Below, one piece after another: positions 13,057 through 23,046 of a stretch of DNA of 64,000 nucleotides (position 1 is the stretch's first letter; each line of letters opens with the position of its first letter). The position numbers and the translations under genes were made by a program. The notes beneath the pieces were generated by a model, which saw nothing but the letters and a program-made list of their open reading frames with translations, did no database searches and had not been told where the DNA came from. Location of the stretch: contig LSRY02000002.1 in the NCBI GenBank assembly GCA_001643675.2, positions 496,001 through 560,000 on the forward strand, given 5' to 3'. This DNA is from Monocercomonoides exilis PA203. Its lineage: Eukaryota > Protista > Preaxostyla.

Positions 13057-13853
13057 TTAAGAACTTACAATAAATCCAAATTCGTCTATTTCATTATCTT
13101 TTTCTTTTTCCAAATCCATTAAAGAATCTTCTTTGAATTCATAATCTTTTTCTTTTTTCATTTCCAATACTGGAGAAGATGCCACCTCTTTATCTTCTTC
13201 CATCATATTGAAATCATCTTGTTTTTCGGTCGTTTCTTTTTCTTCGTTTTTTTGTTCATCATTCTGAAAATCGTCCTTTGATTGTTTTGCTTTCGAAGAT
13301 GCTGATGAATTACAACTTTTTGACTGAAATTCCCTAAGTTTTTTGGACTAAACAAAACACATCAATTGCTTAAATTTAAAGTTATTTATCATACAAGAGT
13401 ATCATTTCGTCTGCAAAATAAAAAAATATCATCTGAATTAACTGGAAAAATAAAATCAATTAATAATTTTTTTAAAAATTTTAATAAAATAAATGACAGA
13501 CTCGTTTTTCTTTTTGCGTGCTCTGCAAACATTACCAAATCTGAGGTCATAATATCTTATTGAAATATTATAATCTTTTTAAAAAAAATTACGTTTTATC
13601 CATAAGAATGAAACCTCCAATCTTTATAATTATTTCGCTTATCACGGCCGGAAGTTGTTGAGAAAAATTTAACTCTACGCCAGATGCTTTTCGGCTTTCA
13701 ATCTTTTCTTTCAATTTTTCCTCACATAAAAGATAAAGTTGTTCCTGTGTTTTATGAATAACAATATTTTGATTTTTTGTAAACAAAAAAGTTTTGGATA
13801 TGAGGAAATATTTCCCAAACCCTGAGTAATTTAGTTTTATCATTTCGTGACAT
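13057..13853 (-). CDS. CENPS: Centromere protein S / FANCM-associated histone-fold protein MHF1, 5 exons, about 184 aa
   Basis: Exons 13853-13821, 13744-13615, 13555-13502, 13441-13395 and 13347-13057 all have GT-AG introns (76, 59, 60, 47 nt) and consistent phases. The spliced product is MSRNDKTKLLREQLYLLCEE...LNFSQQLPAVISEIIIKIGDIMTSDLVMFAEHAKRKTINSDDIFLFCRRNDTL plus an acidic tail. This matches the CENP-S signature LCEE...FS.Q.IAAISEL...DLEMFARHAKRTTINTEDVKLLARR. Confidence 0.88.
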
Positions 13854-14016
13854 TTCATTATTTTGTTATGGTAAAATCCTTTTTTGGTTAATGCATCTTC
13901 CAAGGTGAAGCAAAAGAGAAACAACTATTAACATTATTGACATATTCTCCGGTTTCCATAATATATTTTCATTAATATTTTTGAATTAAAACATTGGAGC
14001 CTAAAATCTTTACGAG
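13854..14016. promoter_or_regulatory. Putative bidirectional promoter (CENP-S / Wee1-Myt1)
   Basis: 163 bp separate the divergent ATGs. Confidence 0.55.
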
Positions 14017-17000
14017 ATGAGTTTGCCGACCCAATCCCCTAAAATCAGTGATGATTTATTAGGAATTGGTAAGGGCCCAAAACCTTGTCCGGAATCTTTT
14101 TTATTTATTGACGATTGCTCTTTTAAGCCAAAACCTTCTCCTTTAAATAAATTACATTTACAACTTGAAAAAAATGGATCAGTTACACATACATCATCTT
14201 CAACAGATGTGGCGCCTATTGTTTACCACCAAAGTCGAATCAGTGAATTTTCGCATCGTTTTAATTATTTATTTGACACAATATCTTTGCTTGGTTCCGG
14301 ATCGTTTAGTGAAGTATACAAAGTGAGAAGCAAAGCAGATGGCAAACTTTATGCTGTAAAGTGGACAAAAAAACATCATAGAGGAGACGAAGATAGAAAA
14401 AATTCAATAATTGAACTTCATTCCCTTTCTCGGATTGGACATCATCCAAATTTAATTTCTTTTATTCAAGCATGGGAATGCGATGGATTAATGATCATTC
14501 AAACGGAGTTATGCGAAAATGGAAATTTGGAATCGTTTATAACCGAAAATGATGTTCTCGATGAATCGATGCTTTGGAATATTTTGTTGGATGTAGCACT
14601 TGGAACAAAATGGTTGCATGATCAGAATGTCATTCACTTGGATATCAAGCCAGAGAACATTCTTCTATCATCCGAAGGAAGTTTCAAGATAGGAGATTTC
14701 GGACTAACTCATCAACTTGGTCTAACAACTGCATCAATGGAAGGAGATTCGCGATATCTTGCACCCGAAGCGCTTGACTCAACTCCAACGTGTGCTGCAG
14801 ATGTGTTTTCGATTGGTGCCACACTATTCGAAGCAAGCGAAAGAATCATTATGCCTTCACAAGGTGGTGCTTGGCATCGACTTCGACATAATCCTCCAAT
14901 GCTCACAGGAAGAAGCAAGGAATTGAACGATCTTGTTCATCGAATGCTTTCATTCAACCCATTAGATCGTCCATCCATTGACGAAGTACTTTTCTCTCCG
15001 ACGCTCCAGAAGATGTTGAATGAGCGCATGCTGAAATATCCTTCGATGATGGAGATATCAACTAAGCGAATGAGCCGCATAGCTTCTGTTTTTTGGTCCA
15101 CATTCTTCAAACTTGCACTTCATCCTCCATTGCATTATGTCAAACGCATTGGAGGAAAAGCAGAACAGACAGAAAAAGAAGAAGGCTCAAAAATGGACGC
15201 TGAAAAAGATCAAGCCAATACTTTCACTCAGAGAAAAGTTGAAGCAGTACAACAATCAGAGGAAGTTCCATCTTGGATCATGCAAATTGAAGCACTCAGG
15301 GAAAAACTTAGAAAAAGAGAAGAAAAAAGAAAGAAAGAAGAACAATCCAATTCCTTTAAAATAGAAGAAGATAATATTGCAGTTAGTTTTGACTCTTCAG
15401 TCAAAAGAGATGATTCAACTTTTCAGTTTCCTTTTGATGAACCATCGCCTTTTAAACCAAAGCCTCAACAGATTGACGCAATTGTTGACAAAAGTTTAAA
15501 TGAATTTGATGATTACTTGAACGAATTCAATGGAAAAAATGAAAGCGAAAAAGGAGAAGACAAGATGGAAATTGATTCAATTGATCCAAATGAAACTCCT
15601 CCAAAAGAGAATAATACAACTGTCTCATTATGTCCATCAAGTTTTTCTTCAAAAGAAACAACGCCAGTATCTTCTCGCTCATTTATTCAGAGCTCAACAC
15701 AAAACATCCACGAAAGCAATGATTCTTCAAATAATGACTCCAACGCTCTTTCTGAGAATACGTCTCAAGCAGCCAGCGAACCTCACACACCAACAACACC
15801 CCGAGCACCTATATTTTATCCGCGCGAAGAGCTGGACTTCATTGATGATCAACATGCATTTGACGATGTTGCTTCGTTTGGAAGTAATACCCGAACAGCA
15901 ACACCGACAATTGATTTAATCACTAAAAATTGCACGGGAAACACGCGTTCACCTTCTCGTCCTGCGTCTTTTGTTACTCCTTGTGCTTTTTCTCCGATGA
16001 AGCCCTTTGCACAGCTGCCAACTTCCATTCCACAACCTTCTTCTTTTGCATCTTCAACAGCATCAGATTCATTCCCAGCACTTGGAAAGGCTTCTGTTGC
16101 TCAAAATTCACAATCAAAAGCTGCTTCAATTTCTCAAAACAATCATCCTTTGGCCTTATCTTCTCAAGCGCAATCAACTGCATCTCAAAACACAGTAAAT
16201 GCAGAAGAACTCAACTTTACACATCCACTTCAGCTTGCCACGTATTTCATACCAATATCTGCCGAACTGACCAACCCCTTTTCACACGAAATAAACACAC
16301 TTACTCAAATTGTTCACAAGTTTGATGAATCACAGGTACAAAATGCTTCTGCTTCTGATCCAATGGAGAATTTAAATCAAAGCCAACAAAACAATTTCAT
16401 GCAACGACAAGAATCATCTAAACTTCAACAGCAAGAATCAAGTGAACAGCAAATCCAGCAACAGACTCCTTCTCCTTCATCTCCAAGTTCAGCTTTTTCT
16501 TCCAGTAATTCATCAACACTCTTCCCAGAAGCAACACATGTGGAATCGATGGTTCCATTAGATGATACACAAAATATTCAGAATAATCGCACGTTGCCTT
16601 CCACATCTTCACATTCACCTGACATCACTTCTCTGCATCATAATTCAACTCCATCTCTTTTTGCAACAGCATCAACAACCAACACAAACACCAGCACTGC
16701 TACTGCCACTGCATCGGCTTCAGATTCATTTTCCTCTCCTTCTCTCACCCCATCTTCAGCTCCAACTTTCTATTCGTTTTTGAACTCTTCTGTTTCTCCG
16801 TCAAATGTATCGTGGCATGCACTCACACTGACACCGTCTACACCATCTGCAATGGCACCGCTGATGGCGACCTCTTCGCCATCTGCTTCGACTGTAGTTC
16901 AAGCTGCTCCTTCTGCTTTTCCATTACCTTCTATTTCAGCTTTATCGTCATCTTCGTCTTTGCTGTCTTCAACAGCATTGCCAACATCATCAATAACATC

Positions 17001-20000
17001 GTCTTCTTTTCCAATTTCATCTTGCCCAACATCAACTTCTACATCTCTTTTTGGTCCACTTACAACATTATCTGCCACCTCTTCGTATTCTCCTCCTGCA
17101 TCAAGTGCTCCTTTGTCTTTTCAGTCTTCACAACAATCCACTGTTCAGCAAAATTCCATCTCAATCAGCCCCACCAATCGTAGCGGTTACAGCACCACAC
17201 CTTTCATCAGCTCTGCTTTGGCCAGCTATCACAACTCAGCCAAGCAAAGCCCCAACTTCATTCCTCTTTCACCTTCTCTCTCTTCGCTGAAGCAGCAACA
17301 GTCATCTCAATCAGATGAAAAAAGGCACTCACAAATGGGAGCTGTCGGCACAAGCAATCAAGCTCCAGGATTAAGTTACTCTCCATTTTTATCGCTTATT
17401 TCAGCATCAATAAGCAAACCCAGCAGTAGTTCTGACCAATCGCCTTCATCTCTTTCACTCCATTCAGACACAAATTTCCATCGCAGACCGTCACACACAC
17501 GCAATCACTCACACTCAAGATCGCATACACGCTCCACTTCATTCACAAGATCTCATTCGCGAACACCCACAAAATTGGATCAATCGCAAACATCCTGTTC
17601 ATCGTCAGTCAACAAAAAAGTGAAGAAGAATATAGAAATGAAATTTGGACAATTCCAGTTACAAAGACAAACACAAACAGATAAACAGCGCTCATCTCAA
17701 CAAATCCAAATTCCAACAAAGATTTCTTCGCTTCCTGTTATGATACCCAGGCCATTGCTTGTATCTGACCATTCTCGTTCGTCGGTACATAATTCACGTT
17801 CAGATAATGAAATGCAAGCTGATTCAATACTTTCTTCATCGTCGCCATTTCTGCCTTTGCTTCCAGCAGCTTCTCTGGTATCAACATCGCCTTCAATGCA
17901 CACACCAACAAATGAGCGAAGTGGTTTTTATTCAGCCAATTCACCAAGCTCCAATCACAAGACACACAATTCACAAACGCCATCGAAAGAAATTTCGCCG
18001 TTTCATTCCTTTTTCAATGCGCTGCGCGACGAAGAAGACGAAGTCTACAGGCTTCCTTCATCTCGTTCGATGAACAGTGCTTCTCCTTCCACCCCACCCA
18101 GCACACCTTCCACTAACGAATCACACAGATCTGCATCTTCTTCTCACAATTCATTGGATCGTCAATCAACACAGCCTTCCAAATCCTCTCAAATAACACA
18201 ACGTTCACAACACTTCCGTTCGTTCACACCCGAGTCAAGAACAATGACTCCGATCTTATCTGACAGCGGATCCTTATCCACTCCACGACAGACACACACC
18301 CTGTCCACTCCTCATGTGCAGTTCTTTACGCCGCCACCGCTCCAGTCTCCAACAGAACCTCCTCTTTCACCAATACTCAAAACACGAGCATGTTTGCACC
18401 CCCTTAGAGAAAATGAGATGAGAATTCCAAGTGAATTCTTTGGCAGCATTGAACCTAGTAAAAAATTTGAAGTTTCCAAAGGAGGCAATTCAAAAGAGAC
18501 TTCTTTACAGAAAGCGAATTCACTAACGGAAAACTGTCAAATTAGTTCTCTCAATTCAGAGCCTAGTTTTCCTCCAAACAATGGGAATGCGATCGCATCT
18601 ACTGCATTTCCTTTACCAGGTGCGTCTTCTTCTTTCACTTCTTCTATTTCAACATCTGCACAACCACAACAACTTACAACATCTCAATTGTCTTCAGTTG
18701 AATCACCATCATTGCAAGGAATTTCCAGCTCAATAGGCGCAAATAAAGGCATATCTAATATTTTGTCCAGGCACATTTTTGAGCACTCTGCAAACGGATA
18801 TGATCCACTGATGTCTCCTGACATAAAGACAATTGATCTGACACACCATATTTTGCCATTTCGGTCTCCATCTTTTTCATCTCTCATCAAAAACATAAGC
18901 AATTCTGATCTCAGCTCGTCAAATGACGAAGACGAAAGCGAGGACGAAGACGATTCCTCAGAAAACAGCGACGAGAATAAAATGATCATTGACGAAGAAT
19001 ACAGCACCAGTTCTATACAAAAGATGGAGCATGACGATGCAAAAAGAAGGATTACAAAAAGAAACAAAAGAAGCAGAACTGAAAAGGATAACAAAATGGA
19101 GCAGGATGTGGATTGCAAAAGGCAGCTCATGTTCCGGTCTGTTGAAGAATACCAATCGCAGCAAATTGATGCATTTTTGATGGAAGCATCGTCCGCTTCA
19201 TCAAAAACACAATCGCATTCAGTTCAAAATCTGTCAGCCTTCCCTTCACAGTTTACTTTAACAGACTCTGCTTATTCCACTCAGCGAGTACTGTTTCTTC
19301 CAACGGAAACACCAATGCGACGTCTTGCACCACTTTCGACGCCTTTTGTTGAGGCACGCTCGCAGCTTCCGCAGCATCGCTCACCATCTTCTCGTGACCA
19401 ACAGCAGCAATTATGTTCCGCGCAGACTCCAGTTGCACCACGAAGCATTGTGTCATCAGCATTGCTTGCTTCAACTGCCTTATCGCCTTCATCATCCTCT
19501 CTTTTTTCGCAGCAGTCTTCTTCTTCTTCTTCTGCTTCGCTTTCTCCCAGCGACCTCTTGCATAGAGATAGTGTTGTGGTTACACCGCCGTCCAATCTTG
19601 ATTCTGCAACATCTTCTTCACCTTCTTCTTCTGGCATGCTTTCAACACAACTACTTTCTCCATCGTCTTCGATTACCCAATGTTCATCATCTGATTCATC
19701 TCCCATGTTTACTCCAACACACACTCCAACTTTAGATGCTCCACGCCCTGCTATTTCGCTTGCTTCTCCCAAGCAATTCGCTTACAGATCGCTTGCACTC
19801 ACCTCTATCCCATCGGTGATTGCCTGCTACCTCACACTTCCTTTAGGTATTCTTCTTCCGTTTATTTCGAGCACAATCAGCTCTTCATACCTCGCACGAA
19901 TTGTCTTCACGAATATATGCTTTTCGGAAGAGCAGATTAAAGTTCTTTGCAACAATTTCCCTGAATATTATTCTTTGCTTGCGTCTGCTGGTCTTTCCAC

Positions 20001-21132
20001 TTTCAATTCTTATTCATCGAGTTCTTCTTCCGCTTTGGAAAATATTTGCCACAATTATTCACGTTCCAATCAACTTGACAGTCAATCTATTTTTGCTCCT
20101 GCTCCATCTTTCTTATCTCTCCAAGGTTTGCGCACTCCAACTGTATTTGATTCATCTACAATAAAATCAACAGCATTATCTGCAAGTTGTCTGGCAACAG
20201 AAAGCAGCCATTCGACTGCCTGTGCAAATCAGCCATCATCACACTTATTCAGCACAATTTCTTCTGATTCATCGTTCCTGTCGCCAAATGATTCTCCCTC
20301 TTCTTTTTCTTCAGCTTCAACTTTTTCATCTTCTCAGTTCACTCCCCATGAATCGTCTGATGTTTCATGCCAATCGCATTCAACAAGTCAGCTTGACCGT
20401 CTTCGAGCTAACATTGCCGGAAAGCTCTGTGGAATATTTTTGGTTTCATGTTTCAGAAATGACTTCAGAGGGTTTCACCAGAATGATTCTTGTGAAGTCA
20501 AAGGACAGAGCCCAAAAGAAACACAAAAGGATTCGGAAAACAACCATCTTCAAGAAAAGACAAAGAAAAAAAAGCGAAAACTGGCTAGATATGCAAAACC
20601 CAGGAGAAAAAAGAAGATGCAAAGGCTTCCACTGGACAAAGCAACGAAATCATTTATGAAAATCCGTAATTCAGATGCATTTCCTTCTCCGCCTCAAATG
20701 TTGATCGATTCATTTCTTTGTTCGTCCTCTTGTAATGCTTCCTCGCCTGCAATTTCTGTTTGTATAACCCCTTCCTTTCTGCATTTCATTCCAACAAACT
20801 CGCCTTTCTTTTCGTCTTCTCAGGCCAAGCTACAACAGTTTAATCATTCTTGCATTCATTTTCCTTTGTTTGGGCCATTTAATGGAAATTTTCGGGATTT
20901 GGCATATGGCTCGGGTTTCTTTCCTTCTTCTGAATGCAAATCTTCTTCTCCTTCAACTTCTTCTCAATCCCATGAATCTCCTTTATCTTTCCCATCCAAT
21001 TCTTCAGTGCATCCTCCTGCTGAATTATGCACCTTGAATAGAAGAGAGCATCTTCAGAGAGGTTGTGGTGCGTATCGATATTTGTGTTCTCTTTCGATTT
21101 TGCTCAATTCTATTCTTTTATTTGACTGGTGA
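14017..21132 (+). CDS. Wee1/Myt1-family CDK-inhibitory kinase with ~2000-aa Ser/Thr/Pro-rich C-terminal extension
   Basis: LGSGSFSEVYKVRSKADGKLYAVK, HPNLISFIQAWE...IIQTELCENG, IHLDIKPENI, KIGDFG, EGDSRYLAPE (Wee-family EGDxRY) and ADVFSIG. Single uninterrupted ORF. Confidence 0.92.
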   Translation: MSLPTQSPKISDDLLGIGKGPKPCPESFLFIDDCSFKPKPSPLNKLHLQLEKNGSVTHTSSSTDVAPIVYHQSRISEFSHRFNYLFDTISLLGSGSFSEVYKVRSKADGKLYAVKWTKKHHRGDEDRKNSIIELHSLSRIGHHPNLISFIQAWECDGLMIIQTELCENGNLESFITENDVLDESMLWNILLDVALGTKWLHDQNVIHLDIKPENILLSSEGSFKIGDFGLTHQLGLTTASMEGDSRYLAPEALDSTPTCAADVFSIGATLFEASERIIMPSQGGAWHRLRHNPPMLTGRSKELNDLVHRMLSFNPLDRPSIDEVLFSPTLQKMLNERMLKYPSMMEISTKRMSRIASVFWSTFFKLALHPPLHYVKRIGGKAEQTEKEEGSKMDAEKDQANTFTQRKVEAVQQSEEVPSWIMQIEALREKLRKREEKRKKEEQSNSFKIEEDNIAVSFDSSVKRDDSTFQFPFDEPSPFKPKPQQIDAIVDKSLNEFDDYLNEFNGKNESEKGEDKMEIDSIDPNETPPKENNTTVSLCPSSFSSKETTPVSSRSFIQSSTQNIHESNDSSNNDSNALSENTSQAASEPHTPTTPRAPIFYPREELDFIDDQHAFDDVASFGSNTRTATPTIDLITKNCTGNTRSPSRPASFVTPCAFSPMKPFAQLPTSIPQPSSFASSTASDSFPALGKASVAQNSQSKAASISQNNHPLALSSQAQSTASQNTVNAEELNFTHPLQLATYFIPISAELTNPFSHEINTLTQIVHKFDESQVQNASASDPMENLNQSQQNNFMQRQESSKLQQQESSEQQIQQQTPSPSSPSSAFSSSNSSTLFPEATHVESMVPLDDTQNIQNNRTLPSTSSHSPDITSLHHNSTPSLFATASTTNTNTSTATATASASDSFSSPSLTPSSAPTFYSFLNSSVSPSNVSWHALTLTPSTPSAMAPLMATSSPSASTVVQAAPSAFPLPSISALSSSSSLLSSTALPTSSITSSSFPISSCPTSTSTSLFGPLTTLSATSSYSPPASSAPLSFQSSQQSTVQQNSISISPTNRSGYSTTPFISSALASYHNSAKQSPNFIPLSPSLSSLKQQQSSQSDEKRHSQMGAVGTSNQAPGLSYSPFLSLISASISKPSSSSDQSPSSLSLHSDTNFHRRPSHTRNHSHSRSHTRSTSFTRSHSRTPTKLDQSQTSCSSSVNKKVKKNIEMKFGQFQLQRQTQTDKQRSSQQIQIPTKISSLPVMIPRPLLVSDHSRSSVHNSRSDNEMQADSILSSSSPFLPLLPAASLVSTSPSMHTPTNERSGFYSANSPSSNHKTHNSQTPSKEISPFHSFFNALRDEEDEVYRLPSSRSMNSASPSTPPSTPSTNESHRSASSSHNSLDRQSTQPSKSSQITQRSQHFRSFTPESRTMTPILSDSGSLSTPRQTHTLSTPHVQFFTPPPLQSPTEPPLSPILKTRACLHPLRENEMRIPSEFFGSIEPSKKFEVSKGGNSKETSLQKANSLTENCQISSLNSEPSFPPNNGNAIASTAFPLPGASSSFTSSISTSAQPQQLTTSQLSSVESPSLQGISSSIGANKGISNILSRHIFEHSANGYDPLMSPDIKTIDLTHHILPFRSPSFSSLIKNISNSDLSSSNDEDESEDEDDSSENSDENKMIIDEEYSTSSIQKMEHDDAKRRITKRNKRSRTEKDNKMEQDVDCKRQLMFRSVEEYQSQQIDAFLMEASSASSKTQSHSVQNLSAFPSQFTLTDSAYSTQRVLFLPTETPMRRLAPLSTPFVEARSQLPQHRSPSSRDQQQQLCSAQTPVAPRSIVSSALLASTALSPSSSSLFSQQSSSSSSASLSPSDLLHRDSVVVTPPSNLDSATSSSPSSSGMLSTQLLSPSSSITQCSSSDSSPMFTPTHTPTLDAPRPAISLASPKQFAYRSLALTSIPSVIACYLTLPLGILLPFISSTISSSYLARIVFTNICFSEEQIKVLCNNFPEYYSLLASAGLSTFNSYSSSSSSALENICHNYSRSNQLDSQSIFAPAPSFLSLQGLRTPTVFDSSTIKSTALSASCLATESSHSTACANQPSSHLFSTISSDSSFLSPNDSPSSFSSASTFSSSQFTPHESSDVSCQSHSTSQLDRLRANIAGKLCGIFLVSCFRNDFRGFHQNDSCEVKGQSPKETQKDSENNHLQEKTKKKKRKLARYAKPRRKKKMQRLPLDKATKSFMKIRNSDAFPSPPQMLIDSFLCSSSCNASSPAISVCITPSFLHFIPTNSPFFSSSQAKLQQFNHSCIHFPLFGPFNGNFRDLAYGSGFFPSSECKSSSPSTSSQSHESPLSFPSNSSVHPPAELCTLNRREHLQRGCGAYRYLCSLSILLNSILLFDW

Positions 21133-21290
21133 ACAATAATCTTTTGAGAAATTGCTGCTTTTCCTTTTTAATATTTAATGTTCATGAATGTTTATCATAG
21201 TATTTATTTTTGAAGTGAACATTGTGATAATTGAATTGACCTATTAAAATTTTTATTTTTATGAACGAATGTGATAAAAACATTTTGTAA

Positions 21291-21430
21291 CAGTAGATGG
21301 TATTGGAATAAGAAAATTTTATTGAAATAAAAATAATAATTCGAATAACCAAAGTTTATTCCAGATAACACCAGTTTATTCGAATAAAAAAAATTTATTC
21401 CAGAAAGACCTAGTTTATTCCAATTAATCC
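21291..21430. repeat. Left terminal array of TTATTCGAATAA-type units
   Basis: About 6 degenerate units at roughly 20-bp spacing. Confidence 0.8.
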
Positions 21431-21810
21431 CTCAACAAAAATTTTTGTGATCCTTTTTATCAATTCGAATGTTCTGAAAAATGAGAATATTGAAAGAAAA
21501 ATGAACAATATTTATTCATGGAAATTCAATTCTGAAAAATTATGTTTAACAGTTATGGTCCAAAATTAAAAAATGATTATCAGAAAATTTGTGCCAAAGG
21601 ATTGGAGATCGAATGAAATGGCAATTAATTCTTCAAAACCTTAAACACTATATTTATCAAAAAATGAACAGAACCAGTGATATGCAAAATTTGAAGGGTT
21701 TCACACAATGAAAGAAGAAGCGTTAAGAAAGCAAGGAAAGGAAGAACAATCCATTAATTATTCGGAGGATTAATTCTCAGAATTGTTTTTAATTTGACAT
21801 ACAAATCAGT

Positions 21811-23046
21811 TTGCGAAAAAGGACTTCTTCCCGGGAATTATTAGATTTGAAAATCTTTGTTGGAACAGAAAATGGCAAATGGCAGAGTGAATGTATCTTT
21901 GACTGCAGTTTCACTTCGTGCTCACTTACAGGTTTAAATGGTGGAGGGATATGCCGTACTACTGTTCCAGCTGCATTCAAAATGAGGAACCTCCAATTTA
22001 TTTCGTGCAACGCATTGTCATATGGCGGAGGATTTTGGTTTAATCCGAACCAACAAACAGCACCAAGCAACAACCTTTATTGCTATTTCTTCTTCTTCCA
22101 CGATTGCAGTTGCAACGCCTCCACTCCATATGGCCATGATGTGTATTTTCAAGACAATTACAATTTCTTCTCATCGAACAACCCATTCTACGAATCGTAT
22201 ACAACGAATAGTGATGAAAAGATGGTGTGCTATTGGAATGGAGCATATCAGCATACAGAAAAGAAGGATTGGCTGAAAGAAGGGATGAAGGATCGGTATG
22301 TTGGGGTGAGTGGAAATGACACAAACAATCTGTGTGGGATGACTGAATTGGCACCGTGCAAGACAGTGGGGCATGCGGTGAGTTCGAGCATGGTGCAGCT
22401 GAGCTCGACAATCACGTTGCTGGGTGGAAGGCATGTGAGCGAAGGGGTGACGATCAGTGTTGGGAAAAAGAAGATAATAATAACAGGGAAAGGGAAAACA
22501 ATGAGTGTGATTGGGACGAATTCTCTTTCTTTGACTTCGACAACGCTGTTTAGCGTATCTTCTGGTCAGCTGGAGGTGGGACATGTGGGGATCGATCACA
22601 ACTCTATCAGAAGTTCATTGCAAAAAATGTTTGCAGTATCACTCTGGAAACAGCAGGAAACATGCAGCAATCGAGCTCAACTTTTTTGTTCATCTCCAAT
22701 CAACCATTTTACTCATTTGTGCAGCATTCTCTCATCCTCTGCCACTGCTCAGCCTCGCTCAGATTTCGTGGACAGGACAAGACAGACACTCCTTTCAGCA
22801 GCCAAAGATGGAAAATCTTGTTTCACTCAGTCCCCACAGATTTTTCTGTTGTCTTCGAAATCGCACTGTTCCTCCCCCACATCCTCACCTTCTCCTTCTC
22901 ATTCTCATTCTCCTTCTTCTTCTCCTTCTTCTACAACCTCTTCCTCTTTTTCTCCTTCTTTTTCTTCTTCTGCTTCTTCATCTTCGTATTCTTCTTCTTC
23001 TGCGATTTGCCGTTTTCCACCAACTGCCCCATCTTCAACTTCGTAA
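21811..23046 (+). pseudogene. Chimeric fragment: GGA-type cassette plus first repeat module of the giant surface-protein family (~21855-22630), fused to unrelated Ser-rich sequence
   Basis: FFFFHDCSC...PYGHDV...NPFYESYTTN...EKKDWL...YVGVSGND...CG...PCKTVGHAV parallels 29090-29610 of the 4191-aa ORF. There is no ATG or signal peptide at the start, and no TM segment. Confidence 0.8.

Noticed and set aside
13589-13924. 111-aa ORF as a standalone gene or as RhoGEF exon 1
   Set aside because: It is explained by CENP-S exon 2 plus flanking intron sequence.
21291-21430. Periodic palindromic repeats as a CRISPR array
   Set aside because: The units are short, AT-rich and degenerate with no unique spacers. 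There are no cas genes and the context is eukaryotic.
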